In this document: positions 24,452 to 28,639 of the stretch, one piece after another
Layout: every line of letters begins with the position of its first letter
How positions within the stretch are numbered: the stretch's first letter is position 1
Source: a virus
Taxonomy: Duplodnaviria > Caudoviricetes
DNA: 28,639 nucleotides
Virus record (IMG/VR): IMGVR_UViG_3300036982_000033
Coordinates: 1-28,639 of that record
Reading direction: 5' to 3' (one strand)
Notes under the pieces: generated by a model
Told to the model about the DNA's origin: nothing
Database searches by the model: none
What the model saw: the letters and a program-made list of their open reading frames with translations, nothing else
Program-made: the position numbers and the translations under genes

Positions 24452-25665
24452 TTTGGTATGTCTTTTTTATAATATTCTGCCATTTGTTCAATTGGTATTC
24501 TGTTTATTTGAACATATCGTTCATCCCCGTTATCAACTGAATTTCTATCTTCCAATTCAAGTACGTCATTAATTGTGTAAGCCCCGATGTCGGTCATTAA
24601 TCTATAATACTCACCTTTGGTTTTTACATCGGTACGAAGTAAGCGATCAACATTGTGTTTGAAATAATGGTTGCGTTTTTCGCTTTCTTTTAATAACTTT
24701 CTTCTATACTCCTGCTCAATCTTTTCAATCCATGAGCCAATGCCATAAGTTACAAATTCTATACTTTGGTGTTCAATGTTTGAAAAGGTAGCACCATCCA
24801 TCTCATTGATCATGTGTGAAGGTATTCCCAGAATTGTAGCTATTTCATTTTTTTGGAATTTACGTGTCTCAATAAATTGCGCATCTTGCGGTGGTAATCC
24901 TAAACGGTGATACTTTGAACCTGCATCCAATATGGCCGTGCCACGTGTTCCGTTTGCACCATAGTTGTTTGTCCATTGCTGATTGATAGCATCTTTGGTC
25001 TCTGGCTTTAAAACACCGGCATATTCAATGTAACCATCTATTCTTGTGCCTTTGTTGTAAAAATCGGCCCCGTAATCTTGTGCAGCTATCGAAAGCCCTA
25101 AATTCTGCCTATGTGCCTGAATTGCGCTAATACCAACTACGGGATCCGATCCAAAGCCCCTAAGATTAATTATGTCTCTATCTTTTACGAGCAAACTTTC
25201 TGTTTTGTTTGCCGCTTCTTTTACTTCAACCTTCCAGTAAAGTTCATCGTCATATTTCAACGGTTCACATATTTCACGTGATACGTTTACAAGTCCGGTT
25301 GGTGTTCCAAATCTGTCACGTTCTATTATTGCTAAACCATTGCCGTGATTAATTGCTGATGTAATTAAGATTTGTGTGAAATCAAATGCGCAGGTTTGAT
25401 AGTTTGCTTCTGCATTAAGTAGGTATTCCACAGGATGGTCAACCATTGAACGTGTGCCATTGACCTTTTTAAATACATCAACTGGCAACATTGCCACTGA
25501 TTCAGATATTCTTCTTACACCGGCCCAATATGCTGAAAGACCAAATACACTTGTTTCGCTCACTGGTGTACGCCCAACCATGCCGCCAAAATTGGCATTT
25601 AAGAAACCGGTCTTTTCTTGCACAAATGGATTAATACGCCTTACTTCGAATCCTAATATATTCAT
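24448..25665 (-). CDS. Portal protein (HK97 family)
   Basis: ISESVAMLP, HGNG, DAQFIETRKFQ..EIA and TFSNIEHQ motifs. Confidence 0.96.
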   Translation of the reverse strand: MNILGFEVRRINPFVQEKTGFLNANFGGMVGRTPVSETSVFGLSAYWAGVRRISESVAMLPVDVFKKVNGTRSMVDHPVEYLLNAEANYQTCAFDFTQILITSAINHGNGLAIIERDRFGTPTGLVNVSREICEPLKYDDELYWKVEVKEAANKTESLLVKDRDIINLRGFGSDPVVGISAIQAHRQNLGLSIAAQDYGADFYNKGTRIDGYIEYAGVLKPETKDAINQQWTNNYGANGTRGTAILDAGSKYHRLGLPPQDAQFIETRKFQKNEIATILGIPSHMINEMDGATFSNIEHQSIEFVTYGIGSWIEKIEQEYRRKLLKESEKRNHYFKHNVDRLLRTDVKTKGEYYRLMTDIGAYTINDVLELEDRNSVDNGDERYVQINRIPIEQMAEYYKKDIPK

Positions 25666-25670
25666 CCTTG

Positions 25671-25715
25671 CAAAAATCTTTTAATTTTATTTGGTTTAAT
25701 TGTAATTTATTTAAC
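25671..25715 (-). promoter_or_regulatory. Late-type promoter 1
   Basis: GTTAAATAAATTACAA-N21-GATTTTTG. Confidence 0.8.
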
Positions 25716-26035
25716 TAAAAGTTCTTATCATAGTTTTTACGCTCAACTTCAAGTTTAAAATAATGAAATGATGCAAGTCCATTAATATGTGAATCAGTTG
25801 GGAAAAAATACTTCCAACCTTTTGAATATCCCCTTGCAATGTAATAAAAAAACGCTGCTGCTAATTTGCCACTTGATTTTTTAAACACAACTGTTGCGGT
25901 GTGGTCTGACATTGAAATTATTTCATCGACTTCAAAAGTTTCATTGTTAAAATTACCCTCACGATCTGGCCTTGAAAATCTTTGTGCAACATTTTTACAT
26001 TCTGCATCTAATTCTTTTGCAATTTCTTTGTTCAT
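25715..26035 (-). CDS. Hypothetical protein (106 aa)
   Basis: ATGA overlap with the upstream ORF; lies between terL and portal. Confidence 0.75.
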   Translation of the reverse strand: MNKEIAKELDAECKNVAQRFSRPDREGNFNNETFEVDEIISMSDHTATVVFKKSSGKLAAAFFYYIARGYSKGWKYFFPTDSHINGLASFHYFKLEVERKNYDKNF

Positions 26036-26505
26036 TTAGTTTTTTTTACAATACGTTTTTTCTTCTCAATCGATTTGTTTTTGTGCCTGATGCTTTCGCT
26101 TGCCTTGTAGCTTTGGTAATTCTTGTGTGGCTTGTAGTGCGGGAAGTAAATATTAATTTCTTTCACACACGCATCATATGCCATTTTTCTCACTTTTACC
26201 CTTTTAAGGTGTTTATGAAATAGTTCATCTATTCCCTTACAAATTGCATCAATCACATCCATTGGAATATCAAGATTTGGTTTGTAGTTACTTACTACCG
26301 GACCGCGATCTTGACTATTTGCCAAAATAACACGATATGAATCAAAGTCTTTGTAGTGTTTGAAATTAGGTGCATATTCCCGAACTAAATCAAGAGCAGC
26401 ATCATAAGCATCTTCTTGATTGTTGTTTTTTAACATTTGTAAAAAAATAAAATCAAAATTCTTTTTGTAATTGAGTACATTGTACACTGGTTCTGTAAGT
26501 ATCAT
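26032..26505 (-). CDS. Hypothetical protein with tandem duplicated helical domain (157 aa)
   Basis: AYDA...HYKDFDSYR and AYDA...HKNYQSYK repeats; basic tail. Confidence 0.75.
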   Translation of the reverse strand: MILTEPVYNVLNYKKNFDFIFLQMLKNNNQEDAYDAALDLVREYAPNFKHYKDFDSYRVILANSQDRGPVVSNYKPNLDIPMDVIDAICKGIDELFHKHLKRVKVRKMAYDACVKEINIYFPHYKPHKNYQSYKASESIRHKNKSIEKKKRIVKKTK

Positions 26506-28100
26506 ATAATATAAAGGTTGCCTTGTTCTAAATAACTATTGGTTTCTTCTGGATTGTCTAACCATAGGCCATAAGCCATGACGTTTGAAATTAATCCATC
26601 TATTTTTTTACTTGGTGCCTTAAAATCCTTTTCAAGTTTAATGTTTCCAGCAGGATCACTTTTTACACTTGCATTGCCTGCCATCCATCTTAACACCGGA
26701 TTGCCAAAATGATTGAACTTTCTACTTTCGATTGCGGCCTGCATTTCCTTTGTTGGTGCATTCATTGACTTAAATCCTTGCCTAAATTCAATCAAATCAA
26801 GGCCCTCATCCATTAAGCGCGGTGCAATGTGGTGTGAGTTCCAATTATCATATGCAATGGACTTAATTTGATAAGTTTTGTTTAATTCACCAAGTTTGTA
26901 AATGATAAAGTCATAATCGACCACATTCCCATTTGTTTCTTCAATATGGCCATCTCGCACCCATTCACGATACTGAATGTTGTTTGTGTCTGCTGATTGT
27001 GTGCCTTTGTCTTCTGGCAACCAAAACCAATTTTTTGAATAGTATTTATCTTCTATTTGCCATACCAAACTGAATGCGGTTATGTCTGAGCGTGAAGAAA
27101 GGTCCAACCCACCATAACACGGATAATCTTTTAAAATACTTTCATCCATTTCCCATTGGCTTGCGTTCCAAATTTCATCATTTATCCAACCATCTTTTGA
27201 TTGTGTCCAAATATTTAGATAATATCGTTTGAATGAATTTAGACTTGATGCGCTTACCATTGCTTTTGCCGCTTCCTTTTCGTAAGCCCTTTTACCAATA
27301 CTTATGTTATAATTTGGATTTGCCTTAATCCAAACCTTTTCATCATAAGGATCATCTTCATAATCGGCACCATAAACACATACAAGTTGTGATTCGTCTG
27401 TTGTTACTCCTTTTGCAACATTAATGGCGTTTTCATGCCTTTGGTATCCGATACCGTACAAATCAGATCCTGCCGTTGTAATTATGAAAGATAAAGGTTG
27501 TTTTCTGGCCCCTTGTGACTTTTCAACCATTTCCAGAACTTCATTGTTCTTGTGTACGTGTAACTCATCAATAATTGCCAATTGTGGGTTAATACCATCC
27601 TCGCCCCCTGCTTCCTTGCTTAATATCTGGTAAGTTTTCAAACCACCAATGTGATCCGGTGCCGTTATTGAATTACGGTAGATGTTACACTTTGATTTTA
27701 ATCTTGGGCTTTTTTGAATTACTTGCTTTGTTGCCTCAAATACTAAACCCGCTTGTTTGCGGCCCCATGCCACACCAACAATTTCGGAACCTCCTTCGCG
27801 TTCAATGTCTATAAAAATACACGCAACTGATGCAGCAAGAAACGATTTACCACTTTTCTTTGGAATTTCAATATATGCACTTGTGTATTTTCTCAATCCA
27901 GTGTCAATGTGCTTCCAACCAAACAAAGGCCTAATGATGTCGTTCTTTTGCCATTCTTCCAAAATGAAAGGTTTACCGGCCAAATCACCTTTCACGTGCT
28001 TTACATTTTCTTCGATATACTTTACCACCGTATTTGCGGTTTTGTCATCAAAGAAATACTTATCTAAGTCTATTTTTAAAAAGTCTGTTTTATAAGCCAT
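26502..28100 (-). CDS. terL: Terminase large subunit
   Basis: LEEWQ, Walker A IPKKSGKS, Walker B IIDELH, ITTAG, GGLDLS and KIDG motifs. Confidence 0.97.
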   Translation of the reverse strand: MAYKTDFLKIDLDKYFFDDKTANTVVKYIEENVKHVKGDLAGKPFILEEWQKNDIIRPLFGWKHIDTGLRKYTSAYIEIPKKSGKSFLAASVACIFIDIEREGGSEIVGVAWGRKQAGLVFEATKQVIQKSPRLKSKCNIYRNSITAPDHIGGLKTYQILSKEAGGEDGINPQLAIIDELHVHKNNEVLEMVEKSQGARKQPLSFIITTAGSDLYGIGYQRHENAINVAKGVTTDESQLVCVYGADYEDDPYDEKVWIKANPNYNISIGKRAYEKEAAKAMVSASSLNSFKRYYLNIWTQSKDGWINDEIWNASQWEMDESILKDYPCYGGLDLSSRSDITAFSLVWQIEDKYYSKNWFWLPEDKGTQSADTNNIQYREWVRDGHIEETNGNVVDYDFIIYKLGELNKTYQIKSIAYDNWNSHHIAPRLMDEGLDLIEFRQGFKSMNAPTKEMQAAIESRKFNHFGNPVLRWMAGNASVKSDPAGNIKLEKDFKAPSKKIDGLISNVMAYGLWLDNPEETNSYLEQGNLYII

Positions 28101-28102
28101 AA

Positions 28103-28579
28103 TTATATGCCATCTGAATATTGGTCTGTGTTTTCGTCTGGTTTATTTTGCAAGGTTATTCGTGTGCGTGCGCTTGGACTAAATCCAAACTCTTGTGAAA
28201 GTCTAATGAAATCCTTTCTAAGTTTGTTCAGTTCCATGTATAAAGGATCTAATCTAATGGTGCCTTTGTCGTCCGTGTATGTTCTGCCTTTGGTGTGTTC
28301 TTTCAAGTATTCCATTTCACCATACACATAGCAATATTCCTTAAACATTGATAAGTCTATAAATGAAATGTAGCCGTATAGTTTTAAGGCTTGACTTAAT
28401 TGTGTAATCCATATTTCCTTTCCTTTTTCACTTAAATCTTCTGGTGGTGTTGGCAATTCATTATGAACAAATTTAAGTTTGTCCGAATCCCCAATGTCAT
28501 CACCATGCCTTGATGGCTGATAATAACCTTTTTTGACTACAAGTGATTTTGGTGGTGGTGCTGGCCCTCGTGTTCCCAT
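28103..28579 (-). CDS. terS: Terminase small subunit (P27 family)
   Basis: MGTRGPAPPP, PPEDLS and EFGFSPSARTRI motifs. Confidence 0.93.
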   Translation of the reverse strand: MGTRGPAPPPKSLVVKKGYYQPSRHGDDIGDSDKLKFVHNELPTPPEDLSEKGKEIWITQLSQALKLYGYISFIDLSMFKEYCYVYGEMEYLKEHTKGRTYTDDKGTIRLDPLYMELNKLRKDFIRLSQEFGFSPSARTRITLQNKPDENTDQYSDGI

Positions 28580-28639
28580 GTTTTATTCTATTTTAACCCT
28601 ATTTTCAAAATTCAAAACTAACTTATGCGAAATAAAGTG

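Larger units (their letters stand above)
1..28639. mobile_element. Probably complete genome of a small HK97-like siphovirus of a Bacteroidota host
   Basis: Full terS-terL-portal-protease-capsid-neck-tail-lysis set plus replication genes, with no host genes and no truncated ORF evident at either end. TAnnTTTG promoters and A-rich non-SD starts point to Bacteroidota. Confidence 0.9.

Noticed and set aside
1-28639. Integrase/att site, CI repressor, diversity-generating retroelement or recoded stop codons
   Set aside because: No recognisable motifs, no reverse transcriptase or template/variable repeat pair, and all core genes are intact in the standard code.

Overview
The window looks like an essentially complete ~28.6-kb HK97-type siphovirus genome. 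The host is probably a Bacteroidota (Flavobacteria-like) bacterium, inferred from TAnnTTTG -7 promoters, A-rich starts without Shine-Dalgarno sites and the gene families present. The contig appears to be cut at or near cos. The minus strand 28579->9404 carries packaging, head, tail, fiber and lysis genes. A divergent region at ~4760-4865 drives a leftward arm (SLT, replication initiator, AAA helicase-like protein, C5 methyltransferase) and a rightward arm (spanin-like pair, NinG, HTH, SSB-like, NinB-like, DnaA-domain-IV protein). I recognise no integrase, CI repressor or DNA polymerase. The most unusual signals are non-coding: (1) a ~250-bp tiling of about 8 different palindromes plus a direct repeat at 9150-9400, a candidate operator-decoy array; (2) a three-copy A/anti-A/A leader in front of the replication initiator, a candidate RNA switch; (3) Fur-box-like 19-mers upstream of three promoters sharing TGCATATAGTTT; (4) three late promoters with a 16-bp box exactly 21 bp from a degenerate -7. 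A short motif is also shared between a missed 53-aa ORF and the tail-tip protein. All calls come from reading the sequence; no searches were run.
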